Assembly (NCBI GenBank): GCA_026770705.1
Contig: JANJGN010000024.1
Coordinates: 20,026,001-20,090,000, forward strand
Origin: Isurus oxyrinchus
Lineage: Eukaryota
Reading direction: 5' to 3'
DNA: 64,000 nucleotides
Part shown: one piece after another, positions 38,046-52,852 of the stretch
Numbering within the stretch: position 1 is the first letter of the stretch
How the letters are laid out: every line of letters begins with the position of its first letter
Translations under genes and position numbers: made by a program
The notes under the pieces: model-generated
What the model saw: only the letters and a program-made list of their open reading frames with translations
The model's database searches: none
Told to the model about the DNA's origin: nothing

Positions 38046-41000
38046 GTCTTAGATTAATTCCAGCTCTTCCCTTATAATAGGTACCACAAGCCCCACCCAT
38101 CTTGCTCAAAAAATTGATTCCCTTCTCAATACAGGTAGTTGGATATATTTTTTAAAAAGTCCCACAAATGCATTGGAATGGGATGTCTGTTCTCTCATTG
38201 TTGCTTGACATTCTCCTTCCTCTTTGGTTCTTTTATCTGTTTTTCTCTGAGTTTTTCTGGTGATTTTCCATTTTTTTCACCCCCATTTTTGCATTGTGGT
38301 CATCAGTTAACCAATTAACTGGATATCTTATCAAAGCAATTGCGATCAGTGAATAGGCTTGCGGTGATGGAGAGGGAAGTGTTTGTAACAGGATGTTGGG
38401 AAAGGAGAAAAGAGACCCTCACTCGGAAACATTGGGAAAATGGAGCTTATGGATGTTGGTGTGGAAAATTTGGGTTTTACAGATCATGGCTGATTGTGAA
38501 CACATCACACTTAACATGGCTGATCTTACCCAGGCTAGTGATATTAACAATTTCAATGCTGGGTGCCAGGATGGGGGAATGAATGAATGGATGTAGAGGA
38601 AGTTCCTGTTCACCCAACCCTCCTCTCTCTGCTACCAACCCCCCTCCCCCAACAATTGTTTTGAGCCCCTTGCAGTTAACCTTTGACCTCATGGTCTATT
38701 GAACCTGCGGTTGATGTGACAGGAGCACAGTAAAAGAAATGGTTCTCTTTAGGGGAAGTCCACCATCAGGAAAGAGTCTGCCTGGAAAGAGCCTGACAGA
38801 GGGACATGCATTGGTGTACAAATTGTGATTTTTCTGAAACTGGGTGACTGTTATTTCAGCTTTCCATTAATCCAACAGCAGGACTGACAATGAGTGATAT
38901 TGATGCTCTCCGGTGTGTGCTGATATCAGACCAGATAACAGAATATTTATTAGAATTTCAATCAAGGCTAAGTAATATCAAGTTAGGGTAAAGGTTCAAG
39001 GAGAGGACACCTTCCTCACTCTAGGTGATCTTTCTAGCCTCTTAATCTCCTGTCTGTGAACAAATGAGGATATTTGTGTGATATTTGCACAGCTTGAAGA
39101 GAATCCCTTGGCAATAGGACAATGGAGCAAGGGGTTGCAAGGCAAGGTCAAGACCAGTGTCAGAGTTCACCAAACAATGAGAATGGACTACTGGTAGGGT
39201 GGTAGATTCAAAAACCTTGGACTCATCAAGAAGAATGGTGGATACTTTGATGAGGTCTTTCTGGATAGAAGGACCAAATGATTGTCCTCATCTAAATCTA
39301 TCTCGAGGTTCTGGTGTTTGAAGAGGGAATGGTTGCCTTCTGATTGAGATTGGCTTGCATTAACTGTGCCACCACTGAAAATCACCCAATTAGCTTTTCA
39401 GAAGCACATGATTGATGATTATCCAAAGCCATGTAGCACCTGATTGTAAAACCAGATGTGAATGGGGGGTGGGTTCCATAGAACCTGAGCTAATGATAAT
39501 TATCCCGTCTAAGACGCTAATTCAGTGGTACAATGTCTAAAGAGGAAGATAATGCAAGGGTTGTGAGATGAACTCACATCAGGCATCTACCCTTGCATGC
39601 CTATACTGAAGTGAGCTTTCCCCAGTGCCAGCACACATGCAGCAGGTGTCAGTCAAAGCCATGAGTCATGGTTTACACCCTGAGTGTCTATAGTAGTTTA
39701 GCTACTTATTCTTGTGAACTCATTGCACAAATGTTACCCTTCCACCACCCTCCCCCTGCCCCCCGCCCCCAGTCCCACAGAAAGATGTCACAGCCATGAG
39801 GTTATAACAGCAGGGACAACTGTGGACCCTTTCTCAACTAGAAAGCACTCAGCTGTGGCCTGCCTGCTCATAACAGTTTGAAATGGGAAGGGATCAAATG
39901 ATGGACCACCTTCACAAGGCATGTTCAGTGCCATCTTAATGTATTAAAGAGAGCAGTTGGCAGAGTTTTGGGGAGATGCTTCTTCTTTTACCACTTTAGA
40001 CCTAAGTATAATTTTTCTCAGGTGATTCGAATTTTACCCAGGGAGTAGTGAGAATGTCGAACTCACTCCCACAGTGAGTAATTGAGGTGAACTGTACAAA
40101 TGCATTTAAGGAGAGGCAGGATGAACACATGAGTGGCGGGGTGGGGGTGTGGAGGAGAGAGGAATAGAGGGTATGTTGATGGAGTTAGGTGAAGAAGGGT
40201 GGGAGAAGCCCCATGTGGAGAGCAATTGGCCTGGTTCTATGCTGTAAAAGCTATTTAATATAAAGGAGATGAGACACTCACAGATACAGAGAAAATATTC
40301 CTCCTCATTATCTTCCTGCCTAATCTGATTCAAATTGATGAGACATGTCATGCAAAATCTGACAAATCATACAGGTTGCCGGTGATTGGCACTGGAGTCA
40401 GACCTCAGCTTTACGGGTAAATGTATTTATCTAGCAATTTGTACCCTAATCAGAAGGTAGACACACAAAATCCTTGCACTCCTTTAGAGGCAGATCGATC
40501 CTGCTCATCAATAGCAACTTCCCAACTTTGCACACAAGAGTGAACAGTCAGTTTTAACCCAGTGTGCACCATAAGAGACCAGAAAAAAAGAGGCTCATCA
40601 CTGCTTTATCATTGCAATTATTCAAAAGCGCATAAAGATATTCGAAACAATATTAAACTCTGGGAGAATTTGCACACGCCCGATTGCTCTGCATGTCCAA
40701 TGTTATTAACTAACAGATGATGCTACTCAGGATGCTACCTTAATATAATGTTAGTAGCTCTTTGCTTTTTTGCTATGAATTTCAAAGGCATTTAAGGGGC
40801 AGATTACTTGAAACTTGAACAGTTGGAGACCTGAAAGATCACTTAAGATTCTGATTGTCATTTTTCTTATGCGAGTGAAAGGTGTTGGGAATAATTTGCA
40901 GTTGATTGGGGATTTTCAGAACAAGGCCTTAGGAGGAAGTGATGTCGCTTTGGACAGAAAGTTGAGCAATAAAAGCACTTTTTGTGATGGAGCTTGTTAA

Positions 41001-44000
41001 ACTTCTTTAATTCTAACCAATAGTAACTAGCATTGTGAATGAACTTGTGAAGGAAGATATTCTCTCTACTGCAGCAAAACTTCCTGTTTTCACTTGATAT
41101 ACTTCTCATCAGGAAAAAGTTTGGGAACCTATGGTGGGATGTACCATTTTCTATCTCCACTTGGATTTTTCCATTACATGCAAACAAGAACACTGACAAT
41201 CAGGAAGTGACTTTCAGTTCTGTAATAGCGAGAATTTGGGGATTAGATTCCCATTTACAAAATAGTTCCACCAATAATTGTTTCATATTAAAGCAGTGAA
41301 TGAGCTCAGCTCCCCATTCATCTCCAGACTTCTCTGGGGCTGCTCCTTCTTTGGGGATTGGAGGCCCAACCATGTATTCAAACAGTCGATGAACATTTAG
41401 ATGCTCGGATCTGCCACAGAAGCCAGCATTTCTCACAGGTTGAATGCAGGTCTTTGCATATTCTCACAATGGGTGAGACCACAGCTTCATCACTCCCGGT
41501 GTGCTTCCAGTTGATACTGTTAGATAAAAGTGACTAAAAGCTCCTTTGAGCATGTCTTTCTGTCATAGCAACATGAGCTGTCACTGAGTGTGCATAGACT
41601 ATACTGCATGATGCCTGTGCTCCACTCATGATAATTCATCAGATATTTTGATATGAATTAATCACTCCATTGGCACAGCCTGAGCTGCAAGCTGCGGACA
41701 TAGTCACTGTGGCTCAATACCTTCCCTATCAACTTGAGGTCGGCCAGTAAGATTTTGGAGAGTTGCCTCCTGGAACCTCTGTTGCATGCCTTTGGGTTTC
41801 AGGTTTGGTTGGAGAGTCTGTGCTGTTCCTGGTTGAGCCTTTAGACTGATTCAGTCAGCATTCACTCATTCCCAGTTCATTCCCCTTCCTGACAATTTAA
41901 ACCTTGAATTTGCACTCCTTCCCTTCCATAGTTGGGTGAACCCACCTGCCCCATTTCCTGTCAGTGATGCTTCCATTGGATTGGGACTGGTACCTCAAAA
42001 CAGGATGCTGCTTTTTGTTATTGCAGCCATGGTCTCCACTCTCCTGCTGTATGTAGACAGCCCCTAGCATCAAGTATCTTCCTGAAGCATCTGATAAAAC
42101 TTGGAGGTGAGCAGGAAAGTCCGAGCGATGCTTCCATCACAAGAAAGTGATGTAACAACACTATATCATCATACCGCATGCCAGTAAATTTTCCAAAGGC
42201 AGTGCCCATTGGAATTGGTTCCACCCTAATGCCATTTGCTTTTTATGAATGAATGGGCAGCGGAGTCTCATTGGATTACTGCTCTAGTAAAGTGATGATG
42301 CCATCAACCGTATACCAAAAGCACTTCTGAGGCAAATAAGCCACGGAGTCATGAATAACCACAGTGTCATAGCAATGGGCATCTGTTAGACAATCAGTGC
42401 CAAAACAACCAGTGTCCCTTAGTATATCAGAATGTAATAGTGAGGCTGGTCATTATCAGTATTTCTCTGAATGTGGTTCCTATAATAATTGGTGCCCAAA
42501 TATCAAATACTCCTTATCTGTAAAACCTCAAGCATTCTGCTTTATTTTAAAGAAAAATCATTAATGATTCCTGTCACTCCCTCAATACATTGGTCAAATT
42601 TAAAACCTTGTATCTAGAGAGAGTAATTTTAATCCAACTTGCTGGCTGCAATTGATTTTTACACCCAGCCAAATATTACTCAATGGCTTTAAGGCACAGT
42701 AAAGTCATATAGATGTAAAACTAACACTGTACCTAATCCTATCAGATTCACAACAGCAGGATGGGATAAAGTTGCTCCCGTCAGATTCACTGTTGTACTC
42801 GATTCTGTGGACTTCCCGCTCAGCGAATTAATTGCCCGCAAAGCTTTTACCCTGCCACCAGAGAGAATATTCCCCCCTCTCTCAGGGTCATCAGCTGTTG
42901 CCGGGATCCAAGTTTTCAAACCCAATCCCAAAACTGCCAGTTTTGGTCCAATTTGCATCTGATTTTGATCAGCCTTATTAATCATCACATAGGTGTGAGC
43001 AGGAAGCATCTTAAAGACACTCGTGACTGCCCTCTGGGTTGGCTGGTGGAGGAAGGTTGGGGATGGGGAGAATCTTTTCCAACAGGATGAGGGGTTGGTG
43101 CCACATTGAGTCAAAACTACAAACTAGCGATGAATAGTACATGGTACATCACAGCATCTGATGTGACTGTGCTATGTCTTTAGATTAAAATATATATTTG
43201 ATGTCTTTAATAAAAAGCTTACAGTACGAGGGTGAGAAAGAGTAATTGAATGGTTAGACTTTGTCCCTCTATTTGTGGAACCTAAGTTTGAAACTGCTCC
43301 AGATGCAGCTCTTTCCCTCTGTTGGGCATTGAATCAGACATCTCAATTTGGAAGCCTGGGTTACAAGAGAGCTGACAAGAGGAGGCACTTAGTGAGATGT
43401 ATTGGTTCATAGAATTCCAGAACACAGATTTGGTCATTAACTGAGACATCTTGAGCAATCACAAGATTGGGAATCTGCAGCAGTGGCAGGCAAAGTAAGA
43501 GGTGTTGCTGGGAGTTGGATTTGAGCTTGCTCTTGAGGCTTTCACCTAGGAATGCTGCCTTGACTTCAAGTTCAAGGAGAAAATGACATCCATGTCATTG
43601 GAGTCACCCTACATGGTGATCAGCACAAAACTAACCAATGTGGAGGTGATGAGTGGTTAATGACTCCCAGTGATGCCCTAACCCTGGGGAAAGGATTTAT
43701 CGCCAACACTCAGGTGTTGTGTGAAGTTTAAGATGCTTCTTGATGTTGCTGAATACACACCCATGATGTAACCGACTTATTAGAATTTGCACTGATGTGA
43801 CTTTGCTGAGCGAAACTGTGATGCCAGTTACCTCACTATAGTTCTTAAGATGCTACGCATGTCAGATGTTCAGTCACAAGACGCCCAAGATCTTGGGCAT
43901 TAGAAGAGAAACAGCAAGAGTTTAAGCAATATCCACAGACCCTGTGACCAACTACCTTCCTGAAGATTCTCACCTCCAGGGACAATGTCCTTTCAAACCC

Positions 44001-45148
44001 TGCATGTATAAGTTGTCCAAAAGTCAAGTACTTGAAGACCATCACTGGAGATTCCAACTGCTTCAGTCGTCAACCCGAGGTTCCTCGAAAAAAAATTATA
44101 CAGTGGGTTGTCTATGCCATTGGCCCAGGTCTTTAGGTTTGAGACAGGAGTGTTATACTGCCTGTTACAAAGTAGACTGTAAGAGATGTAACCTTGAACC
44201 TTGGTGGTCCAGTTAGATGGTCTCTATGTACTGCTTCATAGCTAATACATTTCAGGATGAAAACAGTTGAGGGTTTTTATTTTTTTTTGATAAAGAGGTT
44301 TAGCAACTTTTGTAAGTAAATCTTACTCCAAGGGCACTCTACCAGCTAATCAATGTGGAGGCTGGGGTGAAGAAATATCTTGTATTTTACTGGGTTTTTA
44401 AGCTTCAGAGACTTGCACTAAATGGAAGAATGCGACCCACTGATTGTATCATGTGGTGTTCTTTGTTATGTGCTTTAAAAGTTTTGTGACCCAATTATTG
44501 AAAACTTTTCCTACGTAGAACTTGGGAAGAAAGCACTCGGGTTTCCCTGTGCTTTGGAAATGAGATTTTTCTTTCAGCCATGCGGGAGTACAAGAGCTCC
44601 AATCAGACAACAATCCCTCCCATACCGAACCGTTGATAGGCAAGTCAAAAGATTAAACCTTGAAAAAAGATACATCCTCACTGTTTAAAGGGGACCTGGT
44701 AGTCAATTTTACTTTATTCAGGTTTATCTTGAGATGAATTTAAAATGGTAAATCAAATAACTTTTGCCTTTTATGTTAACCTTTTAAGGCATTAAATATA
44801 GCTTGAAACAGAGGGGTCACTGTGCCTGAAGCTGAAGGGCTGTCTTTGCTGGTCAAAGACTAACCTGACTTCAGCACCCCACCACCTGGAGCTATTGTGT
44901 TGCCCCTCTCACTCGGGCAGGTCATACTGCAGGAGGGACACTTTGGATATGGAGGTAGCAGGGCAGATGCAGTGTCTCTCAAACTCTCTGACAATGAAGT
45001 TTGCATTGCCTTTTTTGATTTAGATGCCAAATATAAACTTTGCATGTGTTGCCAATGTGTAAAAGATTGACATACTAGATTCTATTTAATTTTTGTATGC
45101 TGGTAATAGATTTATTTTATACTGAAAACAAGATCTGTCACAAATCAA

Positions 45149-45154
45149 AATAAA
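45149..45154 (+). terminator. Candidate distal SCN4B polyadenylation signal AATAAA
   Basis: AATAAA with AT-rich upstream sequence and a GT/T-rich downstream element (ttgttgtatatgctttgg), at the end of a repeat-poor block. Inference only. Confidence 0.4.
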
Positions 45155-46266
45155 AGCATTTGAATCTAACTTGTTGTATATGCTTTGGTCTCATTTTCCT
45201 CTCAATCTGTGACCATTGGGGGCTGTTCCCTTCTTGGATTTAAACCAATGAGTGGAAAGCCAATTGCTCTACTACTTTGAATTTTAAAAAAAAATCCAAT
45301 CACAGAAATGCTGGCTCCTACATCCTGATTGCCCCCAAGATAACGGAGTGGCTTGCTCAGCCATGTCAGAGGGCAGTTAAGAGTCAACCACATTTCTATG
45401 GGTCTGAAGGCCATAATCGGATTAGTGAACTTTCACTCTGCTGAAATGAGTAGATGCCAATACCAGTTGTGGTGCAAAGGCAGACACAGCAAGACCACCC
45501 CAAGATTCAACCTCTGGCCACTGAGGGGAGAACTCCCCTGCTCTTTAAAATAGTACCATAAGATCACCTACACTCACCCGAAAGGGCAGGTGATCCTCTT
45601 ATCTGAGACAAGCACCTCTGACACTGCAGCGCTCCCTCAGTACTGACACTGGGAGTGTCAATTTGGATTGTGTGTCTAATAAGCCCACAACCTTCTGACT
45701 TGGAGGCAAGGGTGATGCCCACTGATACACGTGGCCAAAAGATTATCCACCTGAAACATTGGGTGTGGAAAATCCTGCCCATCCATCACCGGGGTCTTCC
45801 GTTCCCGTCACAAGACAATGGACTCCTGGCTGGGATGCTGCCCTCGCCTGCGGAGAGTCCCGCCCATGACAGAGCTGGAAAATCCCAGCCATTAACTCTG
45901 TTTCTCTCTCCACAGATACTGTCGGACTTGTTGAGTGTTTCCAGCATTTTGTTTTTATTGTAAAATTAATGTATTAGGTTATCAGATTTCCAACACCAAA
46001 CTGCAGTCTGTAAGTGGCTCAGTATTTCCAACTTGGGTAATTTGAAGGATTTTGTAGTGGCCGAAGGAGTACGCCAGAACTTTCCTCCTCACTCCCGGCC
46101 CCAACAGGGGTGGATGGTCGGCGGCGGGGGAGGGTGCGAGGGGAGCTGTCATACTCTCAGTTCCTTCCCCCTGCCCCTACCATCCCCCCAACCTCCCACA
46201 CACAGACGCGGGTTTACCCTGTAGGATGAAGAACTCTCCAATCTTCCATTCATCGCAGACCCGCCA

Positions 46267-46306
46267 TTTATTTACACAAATCTGAAAAAACGGTCAATTA
46301 TTTATT
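46267..46306 (-). terminator. Candidate TMPRSS4 polyadenylation signals (two AATAAA on minus)
   Basis: TTTATT on + at 46267-46272 and 46301-46306, at the end of the UTR-like block. Confidence 0.5.
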
Positions 46307-48128
46307 TAAAAACCAATCTGAAAATTCAGGTACAAAGACATAAAAAAGGACAAAAAAAATGTTGACACAATTTGGTTCCAACATTCAAGGTCAAAACTTC
46401 AGTCACCTGATGTGGGGACCAAGACAGAAAAAGCAGTGAATCGCGGAAGCCTTAAACCCTTGTCCTGGTGATAAGGAGAGGGTATCAGCACAATGAAAGA
46501 TAGTCAAGCACAAACCTGACAGGAACTGACCTTGTATCATCCCAAGGGGCATCAGTGAACTCTGGTCAATAACAATGAAAAATGGGGCAGTATCAGACTG
46601 GACAGTGCCCTTCATTGTGCCAAATAGGCCCCATGTTCAACAGACATTTCTCATCCCCATTTTAGTGCATCATTTAATAATATGTCCTTTACCTCAGTTC
46701 CACATCAATTGTAAGGAAGGATTGACCCTGCTTCAAGTAGCTGCCTCAAAAAAACAAAAAGAAATACTCATTTCGAAAACTCACCTTGCATTTTACTGAA
46801 TGGAAAACATTCAAAAATCTATAAAATCATGTACAATACACATGGCAATAATAATTGGCATAAAACAAATTAGATTCACCCTGAGCCTATGAAATCATCA
46901 GGTTTATGCTCATTGGCTTTGTCAGTCTAGCTACAGTCGACTGTTTCCTATACTGGCAGTCACCTCTAGAAATTGTACTGAAATCCAGCCCGGCCTCCTC
47001 CCCACATGAGATGACTTTGGCCAGCCTCAGTCCGAAACTACATCCAGACCCCTCAATCTCACTTAGAATAGGTGCAATCAAAGGCTGGTGTAGGAAATGG
47101 ACGGTGCCATAGAATTAATCTTCAGGCTGGGCAGAGTGAAGAGTCTTCCCTTGTGCATCCAACACATCCACACCTGGAAAGTGGCGCCTGATGAAAGGAG
47201 AAGGTTTACCCAGTCATGTCCCAGATCTGGGATGGCTCATTGCTGACACCAACAAAGGTACCTGAAATGGGTTTATGTGTCCTTTCTGAACACTAACATT
47301 GCTCATCTTCAGTGTATATCAAACACATAAAATATAGTTCTCTCTCTTTAGGTAATGGGTTTGAAAGTTGGGGTCTGCTAACCCCTCGCCTCACTGCTTT
47401 ATATATATATATTTTTTAAAGTGTAAACATACAAGTCTTATATACATTAAATGTAGCGGAGCAGGTTAATAAGACAAATAACAAATTGAAGATAAGGCAC
47501 TAGCCTTCATATTTGCACCAATCAAACATTCCTTCCCATAATCCGATTGTTGATTGGTCACCCTGAAATCTGCTGTGCAAAAATCTGGTTGTTATCCAAA
47601 AGTAGCCAATCAGAAAGAATCAAAAAAATCTAGTTGTCCAATTGGTCACTTCCGGTCAAAAAATTAAGAGATTTTTTTTCGGGGTGAGGACACTTTTTCC
47701 ACTTAGAAATGTGGAAGTTTGACCCACTGGGAGGTGCCTAGGTATGACTAACAATCGTGACAGTCATTTCCTAAAAAATAAGTTAGCAAACCCCACCCCC
47801 TTGTCCTTGACACATTTCAATATTGATGCCATTGTGATTGTAAACAATCTTCAATTTAACACAGGTAAACGATTAAAAAAGGTAACCATGAATCTCGGGC
47901 ATTTGCCCAAGCTCCATTACAAGAGGGTCGCTGAGGCAACTGGTATCAGGGATTTTTGTATTCTTGCATTGAAAGCAGAACAGCAAAGGGCAAGACAACC
48001 AAAACAATTCAAAGGCAAATCACTGGGTCCCTCCCAAGTCTTCAATAAAGTGCACGGAGTAAAGGTCTCCCACAAATCCAGGAAACTACGCCCAGGCCTG
48101 AGGTGGACTTCCACAAAACCTCTCGTCC

Positions 48129-48140
48129 TCACTGCTGCAT
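48129..48140 (-). CDS. TMPRSS4: Probable TMPRSS4 terminal coding exon (MQQ*)
   Basis: ttttatatactttttatag|ATG CAG CAG TGA in phase 0. Three residues plus stop gives the same C-terminal length as human (...WKAEL*). Followed by a repeat-poor ~1.85 kb UTR-like stretch. Confidence 0.6.
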   Translation of the reverse strand: MQQ

Positions 48141-49159
48141 CTATAAAAAGTATATAAAAATGCAATTTTTACATACATAATCTTGCATTGCTATATTTAA
48201 CAAGGCCAATTAAAGTATGCACACCAAACACTGGTGTCCATTTCCAGAGGAATAAAATTGAAATGTAGACGAGTTAGTTAAGCTTGTATCAAGCTTTGGT
48301 TACATCATACTTCCAACACACAGTTCTAACTTCCATGTTATAAAAGAGGCACTGGGGAAGGTGCAAAACAAAAAAATTGCAAGGATGATATCAGAACTGA
48401 AATGTTATAACTGTTGGGAAAGATTGAACAAGCTGGACTCTTTTCTCTATAAAAGTCTAAGTTCTTTTAAATTATCACAGTGTTTGATTGGATGGATAGG
48501 GAGAATCATTTGTGGAGGATATAAACATAAAAGTGTCACAAATAGGGAATTCAGGAGAAATTTATTTACATAGTGTGGTTAGAATGTGGAGCTTGCTACC
48601 ACTGGGGTTAGTTAAGGTACAGATACAGGATAAACACATGAGGGAGAAAGGAATAAAGGGTGTGCCAATAGGATGAGAAGAGGAGGGCTGGGAGGAGGCT
48701 CAAGTGGAATATAAGAACACTAGTACAGACCAGTAGGGCTGAATAGCCTGCCTCTGCACTATAAATTCTATAATATGGAAATATTTATATGAACTAGGAG
48801 GAGTAGGTCACTCAGCCCCTCGAGCCTGTTCTGCCATTCAATAAGATCATGGTTGATCTGACTGTAACCTCCACTCCACATTCCTACCTACCCCAATAAA
48901 CAAAGGGGTGAAAGGTTATCAAGAATCTATCTAGCTCTTCCTTAAAAATATTCAAAGACTCTGCCAGCACGTTCTTTTGTGGAAGAGAGTTCCCATTATC
49001 CCTCTTAAATGAGTGACCACTTATTTTTAAACAGTGACCCCTAGTTCTAGATTCCCCTTGCCTCACTGGGGCAGGTGGTGTTTGAAGGGCTGGGTAGATG
49101 GGTTGTTTGGAGGTTTAGGCGCTCCCTCTGATGCCTCGATTTCACCTCTGCGTGCACCC

Positions 49160-49300
49160 GGCATTCTATATATAAACCCCCCTCCCCCCGATTAGACTCA
49201 AGACTGTAACTCACCACAGGCTACCTATTATTCTATATATAAACCTTACAAACCTCTCAATTAGATCCCAGCATGTGATTCACTCCTGATTATCCGATTT
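49160..49300 (+). repeat. Two-unit ~65-bp tandem repeat (attctatatataaacc...ttagat/ac...tcac)
   Basis: Direct repeat seen in the sequence, preceded by a possible RTE-type LINE 3' remnant (49060-49160, minus). Confidence 0.55.
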
Positions 49301-51014
49301 ATAAACTTTGGGGGAATTTATGGAGCCCACAAGAGCGTGAAACATGGTGTGCAGGGTGAATTAATTAGGCAGGGCATGAAATCTCAATTTCCCAATAGCG
49401 AGTTGAGAGGCAGAGATAAAGTCAGCAGGTGTGTTGAGCCTCATGCCACCCTATAACAGGCTCAGACTTTTAATATATTTGCATCCGTGCATCAGTCTGT
49501 GGATAAGGTCAGCAGTTTTCCTTGTTTAACTCTACAGCGTAAGGGAAGGGAGCAGGACAATGGCAGCTGGCATAGAGTCAGTGGTGAGGGGGTTTATGGA
49601 GGGAGTAGAAGAGGGATCCAGGAGAGGACAGAGGGTGGGGTTGGGGGCATGGAGGAGTGAAGTGGGAAAGGCATCATGTCCTGAGGGGAAGTGGGGAGAG
49701 CATTCAGTCAAGGTAAGAAAATGGAGGGGCTTAAAGGGAGGCATCAGTACTGTCAAAATGTGTGTCCATCTTCTCAGTGTTGACTGGCAGAGTCCTTACA
49801 GGACTTTGAGTTCACCAATGTTTCAGTTGGCCCTGCTGAGAGTGATCTCCTTTACCATGCATAGAAGGGAGGCCCAGCTGAGCCTGCAAGTTCATCCATG
49901 TCCCACAGGGTGGCGAGTACAACACTGGACACGAACATGAACATTCAATAAAGAGTAAAAAAAACCACAACATTGTAGAAGAAACAAAGAATGAAATGTC
50001 CCTAATCCCCCTGTAACCTTCAATGTGTGCCAGTCATGAGGCATGCCAGTACATATACAGTACTGTCTGTCTAAGCTAGTCTCAACAAATGATGCACGCA
50101 CATATAAAATGAAACCAATGTAATGTGAAATATTTACTAATGAAATTTAATTTTGAAGAAACACCCATGCCACCCTTGTACTCTTTTAAGTTTCATGCTA
50201 ATGGCAAGGAGTTGTTCAGTAAAGTTTTGCCTGTGATGCAGAACCTCCCCCTTTGACCAGAAGGCTCTTTTATAGCCTGCCCATACCTGCTGCATTGGCA
50301 GGTGACAGCAGGTTTCACCAATAAAAAGCTTCCCTCACCATTGAACTGCGCGTGACCTGCATGCATGTTACCAGTACTTAATGAGAGCGTGTAATTGACG
50401 CACAGTTACGACGGCAGGATTGACACGGTTGTTTCTGCCTCTGTTTCTAAACACTAGGAGAGTCCTTCAAACATCCCATAATATCTGAAAGACTTGGAAT
50501 GTAGAGGGCAGATGTCAGTAAGCAGAGCTGTAGTGCCCTTGCTCTCCCAGTATCTCTTGGCTACTGGTAGATTGATTTGCCGATCTCTAATTTAATTCAG
50601 CAGACTTTCAGTTGAGTATTTTCTCTTATCCTTATTCTTATACTTGTTCCATTCATGATGCAGCCACTGGATGGCAGGAAAGCACCGTGTGCATAGTCAA
50701 CACATGGTGGGATGGCAGAGAGGGGATGAGAGAGAGAGAAAAAAAATGTGTGTCGGGGAAATACGAGTTTGTATTTTGATTGAGGAGCAGATAGTGATCA
50801 GGAGCAGGAATCCTGGCTGTTTATCTTTCCGTTGCTCCTTAGCCTTGGGGCAGTGAAGCTGATTGTGGGGTTTGCTGTCATCCAGACAGAGCACAAACCA
50901 GAGATGAAACCACTAGGTCTGAAGGGTACCAGTGTGTTGAGCATATTAGGGGAATTCTCTAATAATTTGTCCCCTCCTTCATCAGTTTGCTTATTTCGTA
51001 CTGAACATAACTTA

Positions 51015-51392
<378 letters not shown>

Positions 51393-52852
51393 TCAACAGG
51401 CCATCTGACAGAACCTCACAAAGAAGTCAGCATCATATACAAACACGTCCAGCCGGAACGTTTTTTGAAATTATTTGTACATGGAATGTGAACGGCGCTG
51501 GCTGGGCCAGCATTTATTGCCCATCCCTAATTGCCTTTGAGAACTGAGTGTCTTGCTAGGCCTTTTGAGGGCATTTAAGAGTCAACCACATTTCTGTGGG
51601 TCTAGAGTCACACGTAAGTCAGACCACGTAAGGATAGCAGATTTCCTTCCCTAAAAAGGCATTAGTGAACCTGATTTTCTGACAATTGACAATGGTTTCA
51701 TGGCCATCGTTAAGACTTTTTTAATTCCAGGTTTTTCATTGAATTCAAATTTCACCATCTGCCATGGTGCGATTTGAACCTTGGTCCCTGAAGAATTACC
51801 CTGGGTATCTGGAGTACTAGTCCAGTGAAAATACTACTACCCCGTCACTGGCTCCCCTGTAGGGGGAACAGGGGAGGCCAATCAGCCCTTTGAGCCTATC
51901 CCATTGATCTAAGTTTAAGTGGCTTTTATGTATCTTAACTCCAGCAACTAGCCTTTGTTCCAAAATAGATTTCACTTAAAGTCCATTGGCTCCTTAATTC
52001 CAATGTGATTACAAATTAATAGATCGTGGGAGCGAAAGTGTCTAAAAACTATCATACAAGGCTATAGGTCTAGTGCTGGAAAATGGGATTAGAATAGTTA
52101 GGTACTTGTTTGACCGGCGCAGACTCAATGTGATGTAGGTCTCTATGACATTCAGTATTGCACTTGCAATTTCTCCCTCTTTTTCTGAAAGAATTGGCAT
52201 CTTTTTGGTTACAGTCCATGATGCCCTGGGCTAGCTCACTCAAGCAGCCATTCTAGAGTGAGAACAGTCTAGAGGGAGACAGGCAGCAGAGCACCGGACA
52301 ATGGTGTGAGGGGGTATCACAGCCAGGCCCCATCCCACCTACAAAACAATTGGACATGCACGTGACAAATTTCCATCTAGACATTAGAGAGTGACAGTGC
52401 GTTTGGTAGGAGCTATAAGAGGGTCACTTGCTGCATGGGGAAAAAAAAACAACTAAATGCTGAGAGATGACCTAAAGGGTTTAAAACGATAAAGGGGTTC
52501 GATAAGGTAGAGACAGAGAAGATGACGTTGCAGCTTCCAGGGGAATTCAACACTAATCATTCTTACATTTTTGTTCCTAATGAATCTACTAAGTAATTCA
52601 ATAAAAACTTAGATGAGTTAAGGTGAAGAAGACTTATATGGATCAAATATCCTGTTCACATGCTGTGGGTTTTATATGGTGTTCAAGCACAGAGACACTG
52701 GGTCAGTAACACAATTGCTGGACATCTTGTCTACTTTAGCAGTAAGTACAGTTTCTCCCACCACTGCTCCCTCAACTCAGAGCAGGACTCAAAGCCTCTC
52801 TTTATAACTTCCTTCCTGCTTCAGGGATCCATCTCCAGGCCCATCCCCATAC

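Noticed and set aside
38392-38493. Exon-like stretch ending ...MDVGVENLGFTDHG*
   Set aside because: It lacks a polypyrimidine tract, needs phase 0 whereas the SCN4B exon 4 donor is phase 2, and shows no recognisable homology.
39245-39292. Hairpin after ttgatga resembling a hammerhead core
   Set aside because: It lacks CUGA and GAAA, and the context looks like an old CR1 3' end.
50959-51000. Alternative TMPRSS4 last exon (cag|YEISKLMKEGTNY*)
   Set aside because: Possible, but it has a weaker acceptor context, gives a longer tail than homologs and is followed by repeats. The 48140 acceptor fits better. cDNA is needed to exclude it.
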